NCBI GenBank assembly: GCA_964618725.1
Contig: CAZUBK010000001.1
Span: 196,908 to 260,907, forward strand
Length of the DNA stretch: 64,000 nt
DNA from: an uncultured Pseudomonadales bacterium
GTDB lineage: Bacteria; Patescibacteriota; Microgenomatia; UBA1400; Chazhemtobacteraceae
Direction of reading: 5' to 3'
Part shown: positions 17,620-27,417 of the stretch, in pieces
How positions within the stretch are numbered: the first letter of the stretch is position 1
How the letters are laid out: every line of letters begins with the position of its first letter
The notes under the pieces: model-generated
The model's database searches: none
What the model was told of the DNA's origin: nothing
The model's input: the letters and a program-made list of their open reading frames with translations, nothing else
Program-made: the position numbers and the translations under genes

Positions 17620-19504
17620 TTGAGAGTGATACTTTTTCCCAATCGAAAATGTAAAGACCAGGAATTTCGGTTGGCTGAGAATTGCAGACTATCTTATTGT
17701 TTATGTATCTTAGATTAAGGGCGGAATCGGTTTCGGTTGGATGCCACTTTTCAAGTGGTGTAGTGCGACAGGGATTGAGTGAGACTAGATTGAATTTCTG
17801 CTTATCACTAATGAGTTGCTTGAGAGCCAGTTCTGGATCTCCTATCGTTGTAGGGGTTGGAACAATGGCACACTTATTAAGGAAGGCATTAAAGCGACCT
17901 TCGTAGCGATACCAGGTAATATCAGGATCATAAAAAGTGATGGGAATCTCACCTTTTATCTTTGTTCGGTCACACCAGCGGATTAGGTTAGTAGTTTCAG
18001 GAAAAATAAAGGCAGTCCAATCGTAGACGTTTTCTTTACCTAAGGCATAATTAATCTCGTGGGGATTAAGCATGTCGAAGCTGTAGGTCCGAAAAGTTGA
18101 AAGAGGAACTTGTTTAAGTAAGAAGGCAATCAAAGCAAGGATCAGAAGAAGACGAATTGGCACAATCTTTTGGGAGACAAACTGATTCTTGCCAAGAATA
18201 ATGGAAACAAGCAAAAAACAAAGAGTTTGAAGATAAATAAAGTAGCGGGGGAGATATCCGGAAAGATACTTAATGACAACAAAATCAAAGATAATGGCGA
18301 GAACAATGAACCAGGGAACAAATTTAGATTTACTCTTCAATTGAGTGATGAGAAAAAGACTGGCTCCTAAAGCGACTGCCATAGATTTACTGCCGGAGAG
18401 GATGTAATAAATTATCATGGGAAGAGTTTGTAGGTCGACAGGGTAAGTCCAGCCAGAGCCAAAGTAGCTCTTCATAGCCAAGCAAGTGGAGGCAAAGCGG
18501 AAACAAGGAAGGACAAATGGAAAAATGGGGTTACCAGTGTAAAGAAGATTTTTGAGATACCAAAAGCCTCCTAGAACAATAAAGATAGTGAGCGAAGTAA
18601 AGACCTGTTGTCTCAGTGTAGATATTAGGCGCCGAGTGAATAAAAGATAAAGACCAGTTAGTGAAGCGTAAGTTAAAAAGGGAATGAGCGAGTTATAGCG
18701 AGTCCCCAAGGCCAGAGCCCAGAAGGCAACTGGCAGGCTAAGGTCTACCTTTTTCTTAAGCAAATCGATGGTGGCAAGAATTCCTAAGAAAACGAATGAA
18801 TTAGAACCGATGTCGACGTATCCTGAAGTGGCCTGAGGAAGTAGATCACCAGGGATATAGAAACTCACCAAAATAAAGACTCCGGCGGAAAGTAGGCCGT
18901 AGTTTTTCTTGATCCAAGTATAGGAAAAATACATTGCAGAGAAAAAGATAAAGAAATGAAACAAACGAGCAATTGAATAGGTTTGCGTCAAACTGAACAC
19001 TAGAGAATACATCGTGTCAAGATTTTTGGGAATATTTTCGTAGAAACCGTCGTTTAGAGTGCGAGTCGTCAGATGGTTATAGCCCCAGGGAGAGGTGTAG
19101 TGATAACTGAGCTCATCCCACTGGTAGGAAGGTAACGAGGCCTTAACAAAAATGGCTGGTAAAAGGGGAAGAATAAGGATTAGGGGAACGGCCAGGCCTC
19201 GCAAGGCAGAAGTGACTTGATGCATCTTAAAGCTCCTTGTATGTGGCGGGAGAAAAACAATAGAGAAGCCTAATAATGAGAGTGTGACATTTCTGGTGTT
19301 AGGAACAACAAAGAAGCTGAGCAAAAACCAGAAGAAGATAAAAGTGGTCATGCCAAATATCCAATAGAGCGGACGATAGTTTTTAGGAGACTTCAGGAGT
19401 CGATTGTTAAAGGCAACACCAATAGAATCGAAGAGGACAAACAAAAAAACAAATATTGCTAAATTCTTTAGGTTAAGTGGGGAGTAGAAATCATTGATAC
19501 TCAT
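17609..19504 (-). CDS. GT-C fold polytopic membrane glycosyltransferase (paralog of the previous gene).
   Basis: Same architecture, first-loop motif YQWDELSYHY, and matching conserved blocks (FVKASLP, SGYLPRYF). Confidence 0.65.
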   Translation of the reverse strand: MSINDFYSPLNLKNLAIFVFLFVLFDSIGVAFNNRLLKSPKNYRPLYWIFGMTTFIFFWFLLSFFVVPNTRNVTLSLLGFSIVFLPPHTRSFKMHQVTSALRGLAVPLILILPLLPAIFVKASLPSYQWDELSYHYTSPWGYNHLTTRTLNDGFYENIPKNLDTMYSLVFSLTQTYSIARLFHFFIFFSAMYFSYTWIKKNYGLLSAGVFILVSFYIPGDLLPQATSGYVDIGSNSFVFLGILATIDLLKKKVDLSLPVAFWALALGTRYNSLIPFLTYASLTGLYLLFTRRLISTLRQQVFTSLTIFIVLGGFWYLKNLLYTGNPIFPFVLPCFRFASTCLAMKSYFGSGWTYPVDLQTLPMIIYYILSGSKSMAVALGASLFLITQLKSKSKFVPWFIVLAIIFDFVVIKYLSGYLPRYFIYLQTLCFLLVSIILGKNQFVSQKIVPIRLLLILALIAFLLKQVPLSTFRTYSFDMLNPHEINYALGKENVYDWTAFIFPETTNLIRWCDRTKIKGEIPITFYDPDITWYRYEGRFNAFLNKCAIVPTPTTIGDPELALKQLISDKQKFNLVSLNPCRTTPLEKWHPTETDSALNLRYINNKIVCNSQPTEIPGLYIFDWEKVSLSNAN

Positions 19505-20226
19505 TTTGCTTTGTGAGTGATGATTAAGTGTCCCGGAATAAGGTCGAACATAAGGCTTTGTTGAACTCTAACAGGTTTAATCAATTTGAACCGACTAAAG
19601 TCATAGGAAGAGAGAGGATTCAGATTGTCGATGGAGGCCCAGAAGGGCATCTTAAAGATTAAACAGAGCTTACGAAAAAACTCAAGGGGCAACCAATGCA
19701 AGAAAAGAAAACTAGTATGTGGTTCATAAGGACAAAATCTGTCTGGTGTAGTAACAAAGATATTCTTGCCAACCCGAAGGAGTTCGTTCAGGAAAAACTC
19801 TTGATTCTGGTAATCACCAACATGTTCAAGGGTTGCCCAAGAGACCACAATATCAAAGGTGTCTTTCTTGAAAGGGAGTGGCTTTCCAGGGACCACTTTG
19901 ATAACTTTTATCCTTGGAAAAAGAAGGCACAGCTCCTTTGAGTCTTCGATAGTCACTGCGGTGAGTTTCCTTGGATATGGATAGAGTTTCTCAAATAAAT
20001 TGGAATCACCAAGTAAGGTCAGCGAAGTTGCGCCGACATCTAGAACAAGTGTCTTGGCTGTGGGGTGAAAAAGTTTCTTGAAGTATTTAAATTGCTTGGT
20101 ACGTGTATCAACAGATAACCGACTCAAAAAACGTTTGAGAGGGGTAGCAGTAACAGTGACATCGTGAGTCCAGCGCTTATCTTTTTTCATAAGTGATATA
20201 TTAGCGGCGGGCATAAAGAATGCCAA
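19501..20226 (-). CDS. Class I SAM-dependent methyltransferase.
   Basis: Motif I VLDVGATS and the post-motif DIVVSWATLEHV are present, and the protein is about 241 aa. Confidence 0.6.
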   Translation of the reverse strand: MAFFMPAANISLMKKDKRWTHDVTVTATPLKRFLSRLSVDTRTKQFKYFKKLFHPTAKTLVLDVGATSLTLLGDSNLFEKLYPYPRKLTAVTIEDSKELCLLFPRIKVIKVVPGKPLPFKKDTFDIVVSWATLEHVGDYQNQEFFLNELLRVGKNIFVTTPDRFCPYEPHTSFLFLHWLPLEFFRKLCLIFKMPFWASIDNLNPLSSYDFSRFKLIKPVRVQQSLMFDLIPGHLIITHKAK

Positions 20227-20971
20227 TGCAGGTTTCTAAAGGATGAGGGACAACACGGACTGAGTAGCCTTGACTTCTGAGAAACTTGATCAGTTGATGA
20301 TGATTGTGTTTGGTTAGATGGTCATGATATTCCAGAACGATATTATCTATCTTTTTCAGCAGAGATGGCGGTATTGAAAAAAAGATCTCATACTCAGCAC
20401 CTTCACAGTCTAACTTAAGAAGGTCGCATTTTTTAATGTCATGTTGAATGAAGATGTTATTCAGAGTATCAGTATGAATACTGGTTTTTTTGAAGAAACG
20501 GCCGGTTGGGAAAAGGCTACCCAGGCCGCTGGCCTTGCTAACGAAGAAATTGATTTTTCCTTTGGTGGCGGCAACACCTAAGCAAAAAGCCGTGATGCTT
20601 TTGATGTTGTTTATCTTAGTGTTGTGGGCTAATAATTTGAAAGTTGATGGACATGGTTCATAGGCGAGAATCTTGGTATTGGGATATCTTAGGGCCATGA
20701 GTATAGAGAAAGTGCCGATGTTGGCGCCAACATCAATGATGACTTTTGGATTTTTTAGGGGAATATGATATTGATTCTCGACGTAAATTTCCTGGATAGT
20801 GAGCACGTCAAGTAAATGAGAGACCTTGAACTCTGCGCCGCTTCTTAATTTCATCGTTGGTGAGTTGATCAATTTAAGAGGGAAAAGAGGGACAAGATAC
20901 CAATTGCTAATACTTCTGGCAATGGGGATTATTTGTAAGTGGTATAAAATCAATCGCTTGAGTGGGTGCAT
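20201..20971 (-). CDS. FkbM-family methyltransferase.
   Basis: VIIDVGANIGTFSILMA...LAYEPCPSTFKLL matches the FkbM signature. Confidence 0.75.
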   Translation of the reverse strand: MHPLKRLILYHLQIIPIARSISNWYLVPLFPLKLINSPTMKLRSGAEFKVSHLLDVLTIQEIYVENQYHIPLKNPKVIIDVGANIGTFSILMALRYPNTKILAYEPCPSTFKLLAHNTKINNIKSITAFCLGVAATKGKINFFVSKASGLGSLFPTGRFFKKTSIHTDTLNNIFIQHDIKKCDLLKLDCEGAEYEIFFSIPPSLLKKIDNIVLEYHDHLTKHNHHQLIKFLRSQGYSVRVVPHPLETCIGILYARR

Positions 20972-20972
20972 A

Positions 20973-22031
20973 TTAGTCAGGGAGTCGATTTACTAAATGA
21001 GTTTTAATCGTTTCGATTAGAAAGGTCCAGATAAAGATTAAAGTGTTGATACTAATTAAAATCATTTTGGTACCCAGACGAAAATCGGGAAGGATAAGAA
21101 CGGCAATGCCATTGAGAAGAGTAAAGATGATGACAAGAGGAACCAACCAATTATTGTTGAGGATTCTGGATACCGAGTTGTGATGTTTCTCGATGGCAAA
21201 GCCCAGGAACTGAAGGGCCAGCCAACTGAGCCAAAGAGTAATTCCGACTAAGAGAAATAGACTGGTGAGAGCAAAGCTGACTGAGAGAGTTAAAAAGGCC
21301 AGTAGAAAAGCCACAGCCATAGTAATCAAAAGACTTTCAGGTTTAAGAAGGATGATCGCTTTAAGGTGACGCCAACCGTCTGACCATCGTGACAAATGCG
21401 GAGGTCGATTTCTTTTGTCTTTGAGGAAACGGATCGGTACCTCAAGATATTTGCCTTTCCTTAGAGCAGTCTTTAAGAGCAGTTCGCTAGCCCACTCCAT
21501 TCCTGAATTTCTCATATTGAGTTGCTTATAAAAGCTTTTTCTAATAAGACGCATCCCAGAGTTACAATCAGTGGTAGGAATTTGATAAAGGAGGCGGATA
21601 AGTTGGGTAAGAGCAGGAGTTCCGAAATAACGATTAAGGAGAGGCATGGCATCTTTTTGGATCGACCCATTAAGGCGAGAGCCGAGAACCATGTCTGGTT
21701 TGTATTTCAGTTTTGCGGCAAAGCGACTCAAATTTGAAAAGGGATAACTTAAATCGGCGTCAGCAAATAGAACGTAATCACCCCGGCTTTTGAGAATTCC
21801 CCAATGGAGGGCCGCGCCATAACCGCGAACAGGAACGTGAACAATCCGTACAAACTTGATTTCTTTCAGAATTTCTAATGTCCCATCGATGCTGCCATTG
21901 TCGGCAACGATAACCTCGAATTGATTGCCAAAGACTTTCTTTCCGTTTGTATAGGCGTCGGTGACGCTTTGCTTGATTGTATGTGATTCATTCAGACAGG
22001 GAATGACAATGCTTAGTGTCAGCTTCTTCAT
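20973..22031 (-). CDS. GT2 polyprenol-phosphate sugar synthase (ArnC/GtrB/Dpm1-like) with a C-terminal membrane anchor.
   Basis: The GT2 head (LSIVIPCLNESHTI...VADNGSIDGT, ADADLS) is followed by 2-4 TM helices. This is the architecture of lipid-linked sugar donors used by GT-C enzymes. Confidence 0.8.
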   Translation of the reverse strand: MKKLTLSIVIPCLNESHTIKQSVTDAYTNGKKVFGNQFEVIVADNGSIDGTLEILKEIKFVRIVHVPVRGYGAALHWGILKSRGDYVLFADADLSYPFSNLSRFAAKLKYKPDMVLGSRLNGSIQKDAMPLLNRYFGTPALTQLIRLLYQIPTTDCNSGMRLIRKSFYKQLNMRNSGMEWASELLLKTALRKGKYLEVPIRFLKDKRNRPPHLSRWSDGWRHLKAIILLKPESLLITMAVAFLLAFLTLSVSFALTSLFLLVGITLWLSWLALQFLGFAIEKHHNSVSRILNNNWLVPLVIIFTLLNGIAVLILPDFRLGTKMILISINTLIFIWTFLIETIKTHLVNRLPD

Positions 22032-22111
22032 GAGGCAATTCTAATTCAATATAGTAAAAAAGGAAATTAAACAGTAATGGGTATTGTGAGCAGATTAATT
22101 GTGGGAGTAAG

Positions 22112-22312
22112 ATGAGTGAAGTGAAAATTCAAGTTAATCAAAAAAAGTGTGTTGCTTGTGGGGCCTGTGAAGAATTGGCCCCAGAAGTATTTGTGGTCGG
22201 AGTGACTGTCGAGATCAAAAAAGATGCTGACATTGAAAATGAGGAGATCAAAGAGAAAGTTAGGTTAGCTGCTGAGGTATGTCCACAGAAAGTTATTTCT
22301 TTAAAAGAGTAA
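22112..22312 (+). CDS. Small single-cluster ferredoxin (4Fe-4S or 3Fe-4S).
   Basis: CVACGACEE...CPQ is a Cys-x2-Cys-x2-Cys...Cys-Pro pattern. It is 66 aa and is directly followed by a radical SAM gene (TAA then ATG). Confidence 0.7.
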   Translation: MSEVKIQVNQKKCVACGACEELAPEVFVVGVTVEIKKDADIENEEIKEKVRLAAEVCPQKVISLKE

Positions 22313-23785
22313 ATGAAGAAACCTAGAATAACGCTTGTCTATCCTTCTTATTCCTCTATGATCGGGGCGAGCAAGTTTCGTCGATTTGGTGTTTATGCCG
22401 GAATGGGGAAAATTCCGGAGCGTCCAAATATTGGTCTTGGTTATATTTCTCAAGCATTGATGTCGGCCGGATATGATCACGACTTTGTTGACATGAATCT
22501 CCTTGACTCATACAGCGAATTCAAAAAAAGAACGAAAAAGTATGCTCCTGACATTATTGGTTTGATGATGGTGACGATTGGATATCTGAAAGGATATAAA
22601 TTTATCAGACGAATTCGAAAGGATTTTCCCAAAACGAAGATAATAGTTGGAGGACCACATGTAGGATTGAGGCTGGATGCGCTGCTTAGGGAATGTCCGG
22701 AGATCGATGTGGGATTTATCTCGGAGGCGGAAAAAAGCCTAATCGCGTATCTAAGCAATGGGGCAAGGGCAGATGGAATAGATGGTGTCGTTTATAGGAA
22801 AGGAAGGAAGATTGTATTTACTCCCCCCACACTTGAGCAGGATTTAGGTAAAATAGACTTCCCGAAATATGAAAAGTTTGATCTGTCAAAATATTCAGGC
22901 ATTGGACTTTACACTACTAGGGGGTGTCCATTTCGGTGTATTTTTTGTAGTGTTGAGTCATATCGGAGGAAAATAGTGAGACAAAGGCCGCTTGAGTCGG
23001 TCATGGAAGAAATAAGATACTGGTATGAAAGGGGGCACCGTTTATTTACAATCGAGGATGACAACTTTACTTTCGATATGAAGCGGACGTGGAAACTTTG
23101 TAGACAACTGGAAAAAGAGAAATTGCCAGATATCCAGTTCGCTTTGGCCCAGGGAGCAAGAGCTGATCGAATTAACAAACGTCTGCTCATGAAAATGTAT
23201 CAAGTTGGTTTTAAGTACATCACGATTGCTGTCGAAGCTGGAAATAACAGGATGCTTCGTAACTTAAAAAAAGGTGAAAAGATAGAGACGATTAAGAGGA
23301 ATATAAAGAATGCCTGCGATATTGGCTACGAAGTGAGACTTCTGTTTGTCATTGGCACGCCTGGTGAAACATGGAAGGACATTGAGGATTCACTTAAGTT
23401 AGCGTGTAGTTATCCAATTATGTATTGCCGATTCAACAATCTCTTGCCGATTCCAGGAACAGCACTCTATGATTGGGTGATCAAAGAGAAGCTATATTTA
23501 GCTCCACCAGAAAAGTTTCTTAACAACTATGATCTGGACTGTACCGAGCCATTTTACGAAACAAAAGAGCTTTCGGCGGAGGAGCGGAGACGGGCGATTG
23601 TTATGTCGGACAGAATAAATCAAAAACTGTTTTACCGATATCTAATAAAGAAACTTGGAATTCTAGGTCCAGCTAAATACCCACTCTCTTTTCTGGCATC
23701 TAGAAAGGCAACCCAAACATTGATTGGAGGAAACCCATGGCTATACAACATGGCCCTGAAGATGAGAGTTATGCTGAGCGGGTAG
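22313..23785 (+). CDS. B12-binding domain radical SAM enzyme (class B-like), probably a sugar-tailoring methyltransferase or epimerase.
   Basis: An N-terminal Rossmann-like B12-binding region precedes the CPFRCIFC radical SAM cysteine triad, and the protein is 490 aa. Confidence 0.85.
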   Translation: MKKPRITLVYPSYSSMIGASKFRRFGVYAGMGKIPERPNIGLGYISQALMSAGYDHDFVDMNLLDSYSEFKKRTKKYAPDIIGLMMVTIGYLKGYKFIRRIRKDFPKTKIIVGGPHVGLRLDALLRECPEIDVGFISEAEKSLIAYLSNGARADGIDGVVYRKGRKIVFTPPTLEQDLGKIDFPKYEKFDLSKYSGIGLYTTRGCPFRCIFCSVESYRRKIVRQRPLESVMEEIRYWYERGHRLFTIEDDNFTFDMKRTWKLCRQLEKEKLPDIQFALAQGARADRINKRLLMKMYQVGFKYITIAVEAGNNRMLRNLKKGEKIETIKRNIKNACDIGYEVRLLFVIGTPGETWKDIEDSLKLACSYPIMYCRFNNLLPIPGTALYDWVIKEKLYLAPPEKFLNNYDLDCTEPFYETKELSAEERRRAIVMSDRINQKLFYRYLIKKLGILGPAKYPLSFLASRKATQTLIGGNPWLYNMALKMRVMLSG

Positions 23786-23814
23786 TGGCGATAAATCTTA
23801 GATTCTCAAGAGGA

Positions 23815-24630
23815 CTATGTTTTTGACTTAAATGAGCCAATGTAACGTAGAAATAGGTGATAAAAGACTCCCTTTTTGAATTTTGATGGGAGCCGTTTGG
23901 CAAGAAGTCGATATGATGCCCACTTCAACTTTTGATTAATGGGGTTTTCTGTTGAACTTCCTGGTGAGTAGCGGAATGTTAGGAGTTTTTTGTGGACCAC
24001 TTTTATTTGATTTTGTTTTAAACAATGAACAACTAGATCCCAATCCTCACCCCCACGTCGATAATCATAGTTAAATTTAAAACTAGTGAGTGCACTTTTT
24101 CGAAACAGCATATGTGAAAGCTGGCATAGGTAGAAAGCACTAGGAAAAAGATGGTCATTATTAAAACGAGTCGCAAAAAGCGATAGATCGCGGAGTAACA
24201 TAAGAGGCCATAGCTTAATTTTTCTTCTGAGGTAAAATCCTGATTCAAAATATGGATTTGAAAAACATATAGCAGCAGCTGCCTTTGAATCTTGTCGTAG
24301 AGCCTTGATCATTTCTTTTAGAAAAGTTGGCTGCAATTGATCATCCGAGTCGAGAAATAAAACGAATTCTGATTTGGTAAGATCAAGTCCAGTTTGCCTA
24401 TCTGCGCCAGGACCTTCTAATTCTTTAGTCTTAAAATAGTTCAGATTTTTATTATGCTTTTGGAGGACTTGTTTTGTTTTAGCGTTGTATCCTTCGTCAA
24501 CAATAATTATCTGAACTTTTTCTTTGGGAATTCCTTTCTGACGATTGACTGACTTAATGGCAGCGATGGTAAAATCCAGTCTCCTGAAGTGAGGAGTGAT
24601 AATTGTGACAAGCGAATCTTTAATGCGCAT
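23815..24630 (-). CDS. GT2-family glycosyltransferase.
   Basis: VTIITPHFRR...IIVDEGYN and FLDSDDQL motifs. Confidence 0.8.
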   Translation of the reverse strand: MRIKDSLVTIITPHFRRLDFTIAAIKSVNRQKGIPKEKVQIIIVDEGYNAKTKQVLQKHNKNLNYFKTKELEGPGADRQTGLDLTKSEFVLFLDSDDQLQPTFLKEMIKALRQDSKAAAAICFSNPYFESGFYLRRKIKLWPLMLLRDLSLFATRFNNDHLFPSAFYLCQLSHMLFRKSALTSFKFNYDYRRGGEDWDLVVHCLKQNQIKVVHKKLLTFRYSPGSSTENPINQKLKWASYRLLAKRLPSKFKKGVFYHLFLRYIGSFKSKT

Positions 24631-24649
24631 ACGCTAATTGTACGAGTTG

Positions 24650-24691
24650 AGGATAAAAAACAAAAGGGTTTTCTATAAAAGAAAACCCTTT
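24650..24691 (-). terminator. Rho-independent terminator for the DUF218 gene.
   Basis: A perfect 11-bp stem AAAGGGTTTTC / GAAAACCCTTT with a 7-nt loop, followed on the minus strand by TTGTTTTTTATCC. Confidence 0.5.
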
Positions 24692-24706
24692 AATCTGAAA
24701 ATCTTG

Positions 24707-25459
24707 CTAAGCCCTTGGTTTGGCATTGCGGTAGACGTCACGAATGATTTTTTGAATCCCATCTGCTTCGCGCGCCCAGTTACGGGCAAATGATTGTGAT
24801 GCGCGCAGTATTTCGACGCGAGATCCCCACAGCAGTTCATTAGAACGTAGTAGTATTTCTTCACTTTCCAAAATATTTACCGACAAAACGCGATACTTGT
24901 CATGGACTGATCGATGTTTTGCCGTGTAAGTGGCGGTTCTAGGTACGTGTACTCCCACCGTCACGATTCCAACACTTTGTAAGCCATATTCTAGAGCAAG
25001 TTTGAAGATGTTTAAAACCTCAACTCCAGTATTTGATGGACCAGAGAGTACGCGGTCTCTGTTCCAGATCAAAACATTGGGGCTAGGAATTTTCTCATCT
25101 CTGAACGCTTGATTAACCAGATTGCTTATAACTTCACTCTCGGTTGGCCCATTGACTGAGAGTAAATATTCAGCGCGATGTGCATAGGCGCAAACTACAT
25201 AGCGAGGTTGGTGCTTTTTAATAAATTCAAGTCCTGCGCGTAGATTTAGTTCTCCTCCCCCGACAATGGAGGATTGATTAGAATCGTCCTTAGGAACGCG
25301 CACGGTTAAGTGGGCCAAATTAGAGTCACAAATTTCGATATCTTCAGTTAACGCCCAAGAACTGATGAGTGTTGAATCAGAATTAGGATCTAATCTCTGA
25401 ATACCACGTCCGAGGATTGCTAAAAGATCCATCAAAATCTCCCTGATTAAAAGATTCAA
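24707..25459 (-). CDS. DUF218 (YdcF/ElyC/SanA-like) family protein.
   Basis: GGG, ESE and SNTGVEV blocks are spaced as in DUF218 proteins. The local GC and CpG content are higher than in the flanks. Confidence 0.5.
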   Translation of the reverse strand: MNLLIREILMDLLAILGRGIQRLDPNSDSTLISSWALTEDIEICDSNLAHLTVRVPKDDSNQSSIVGGGELNLRAGLEFIKKHQPRYVVCAYAHRAEYLLSVNGPTESEVISNLVNQAFRDEKIPSPNVLIWNRDRVLSGPSNTGVEVLNIFKLALEYGLQSVGIVTVGVHVPRTATYTAKHRSVHDKYRVLSVNILESEEILLRSNELLWGSRVEILRASQSFARNWAREADGIQKIIRDVYRNAKPRA

Positions 25460-25488
25460 AGAACATCTGGTAGATTAGCAGGAAAAAG

Positions 25489-26433
25489 TTACTTAATCAA
25501 TTCAGGATGAGCTTGTAAATACTCTATTGTTTTAATTATGCCGTCCTTGATGGAGATTTTTGGCGTCCAGCCAAGTGATTTAAGATTTGTTGTATCGAGA
25601 TGAACGAAATCATTGTCGCCTTTCCAACCACGCTTACCGCCTAAATATTTCTTTGGAACTTTTGAACCACTCGTTTCCAAAATAGTATTGACTATTTCAT
25701 CAACGGTTAATATTTCATCGTGGCCTAGATTGTAGACATTGATTTTTTCCTTTGATTTTTCAATTATAGTAAAGATCGCGCTTAAGCCATCTTTTACATA
25801 TAAGGATGATTTTTGGGGAGTGCCGTCGGATAGTAACTCTAGTTCCTTAGGTTCCACCTTTAACTTTTTTAAAAGATCGACAATAATCCCATGAGTGTAT
25901 CGCTCGCCGATCCAGGATACGAAACGAAAAATATAGATATCCCAATCATAATAACTAGAGTATGCTTGGATATATGACTCACACGAAGCTTTGGTGGCGC
26001 CGTAGAGTGAAGTCGGAGTAAATGGATAGTTTTCTGGCGTTGGGTGAACTTTAGCGTCACCGTAAACAGATGAAGTCGAGGCAAAACCGATTTTTTTAAC
26101 ATTGCTTCTAAACATTGCTTCTAAAACATTGTGGGTGCAAGTTAGATTCTGTTGATGATCAATAAAATGATCGTTAAAACCTGAACGGACATCAGCATGA
26201 GCGGCAAGATGGAAAACAAAGTCGATTCCTTCACAGCTTTTAGTAATTAGGTCAAGATCTAAAAGATCGCCTTTAATTAGCTTGAAGTTTGATTTTTGAA
26301 GGTTATGTTCAACGAACAACTCTCTTCCTGTAGAGAAATTGTCGAATACTGTTACGTGATTTCCCTGCTCAAGAAGATAATCTACGATATTACTGCCTAT
26401 AAAACCCGCGCCTCCCGTTACTAGATATTTCAT
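25489..26433 (-). CDS. NAD-dependent nucleotide-sugar epimerase/dehydratase (UDP-hexose or UDP-HexNAc 4-epimerase-like). The track's 5' extension to 26562 is rejected.
   Basis: MKYLVTGGAGFIGSN is at the true start, giving an ATGA overlap with the upstream Gfo gene. YGATKASCE (YxxxK) is present. Confidence 0.8.
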   Translation of the reverse strand: MKYLVTGGAGFIGSNIVDYLLEQGNHVTVFDNFSTGRELFVEHNLQKSNFKLIKGDLLDLDLITKSCEGIDFVFHLAAHADVRSGFNDHFIDHQQNLTCTHNVLEAMFRSNVKKIGFASTSSVYGDAKVHPTPENYPFTPTSLYGATKASCESYIQAYSSYYDWDIYIFRFVSWIGERYTHGIIVDLLKKLKVEPKELELLSDGTPQKSSLYVKDGLSAIFTIIEKSKEKINVYNLGHDEILTVDEIVNTILETSGSKVPKKYLGGKRGWKGDNDFVHLDTTNLKSLGWTPKISIKDGIIKTIEYLQAHPELIK

Positions 26434-27416
26434 GATTTTGAGTTGTTTGACTTGTAAACAATATCCACAGTTTTCAAAACATACGCCGCTTCTTGAATAC
26501 TTTTGTCTGAATAGTCCTTTTTTTTGATTCTTCGAAAGAATTCCTCTGTTTCTCGCTGCCATGACAAGTCTTCTGTCTCAGTAAGATCGTGTTCTTCTAC
26601 TATTGGTGGACCCATTTCTGGTTTCATCTTGTAGATAGTTAGTACTTCCGGGCCATAACTTCTACCTAATCCATTGATTTGCAACTTGGCAGTTTTAAGC
26701 ATTATTTCAAAGATGAAAATGTTTTTCCATTCCAAGCAAGTCACTGATAAATGAGCTATCTGGTTTTTGTCATTATTCAAGACAAAAAAAGCGGAATCCT
26801 CTAATTTTGCGTCCCAGAATAGATTTCTGGTAACTCCTTGCGCGTGCAGCATGGGGCCAGCAAAGAAGTTAGTCAAGTCAATTAAATGAGACCCTTGATC
26901 CAGTAGTTCACCACCGCCTGCAATTTCGGGATCAAATCTCCATTCTTTTTCATAACCTAATCTAGCACCGTGTCCATAGCGAGCACGAATAAAAAGGACT
27001 GGTCCAAATTCATTAGAATCGACAATTTGTTTGGCTTTGATGATTGCCGGATGAAAGCGGTGGTTGTAACCAAACATTACCACTGATTTCTGTTTTCTTG
27101 AGGCGGAGATGATCTTTTGGAGATCTTTTAGATTTCGAGCGCCAGGTTTTTCGAGTAAGACATGCTTACCTTGATTAATTGCTTCTTTTGCTATCGGAGA
27201 CAGAAGGTTGTTTGTTGTAGAGATGATTACCACGTCAGTTTTTGGATCTTTTACCACTTCATGCCAGTCTGTGGAAACAGTCGCTTTGAATTGCTCAGCT
27301 AATTGCGAGGCTCTTTCTTTATTGATATCACAGACTGTAACTAATTTGGCCCCTCTGGGTAGAGCAGAAGCTCGTTTGTTACCGATTAATCCTGCGCCGA
27401 TAATTGCAACATTCAT
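26430..27416 (-). CDS. Gfo/Idh/MocA-family NAD-dependent oxidoreductase. It is WbpB-like, a candidate nucleotide-sugar 3-dehydrogenase.
   Basis: MNVAIIGAGLIGNKRASAL N-terminal Rossmann motif and an EKP-type segment. Confidence 0.75.
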   Translation of the reverse strand: MNVAIIGAGLIGNKRASALPRGAKLVTVCDINKERASQLAEQFKATVSTDWHEVVKDPKTDVVIISTTNNLLSPIAKEAINQGKHVLLEKPGARNLKDLQKIISASRKQKSVVMFGYNHRFHPAIIKAKQIVDSNEFGPVLFIRARYGHGARLGYEKEWRFDPEIAGGGELLDQGSHLIDLTNFFAGPMLHAQGVTRNLFWDAKLEDSAFFVLNNDKNQIAHLSVTCLEWKNIFIFEIMLKTAKLQINGLGRSYGPEVLTIYKMKPEMGPPIVEEHDLTETEDLSWQRETEEFFRRIKKKDYSDKSIQEAAYVLKTVDIVYKSNNSKS

Positions 27417-27417
27417 A

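Noticed and set aside
24673-24864. 63-aa ORF overlapping the terminator hairpin and the 3' end of the DUF218 gene.
   Set aside because: It is a different frame of the same strand as a real gene, spans the intrinsic terminator, and has a low-complexity translation.
26098-26127. Apparent tandem 13/14-nt direct repeat (attgcttctaaac / attgcttctaaaac).
   Set aside because: It lies inside the epimerase gene and encodes NVLEAMFRSNV, the normal conserved NV-LEA...VKK block of SDR epimerases. It is a coding coincidence, not a repeat element or duplication.
26434-26562. 5' extension of ORF 25489..26562 (MAARNRGILS...).
   Set aside because: The Rossmann motif MKYLVTGGAGFIG starts at 26433 and gives a canonical ATGA overlap with the upstream gene. 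The extension would overlap that gene by 130 nt.
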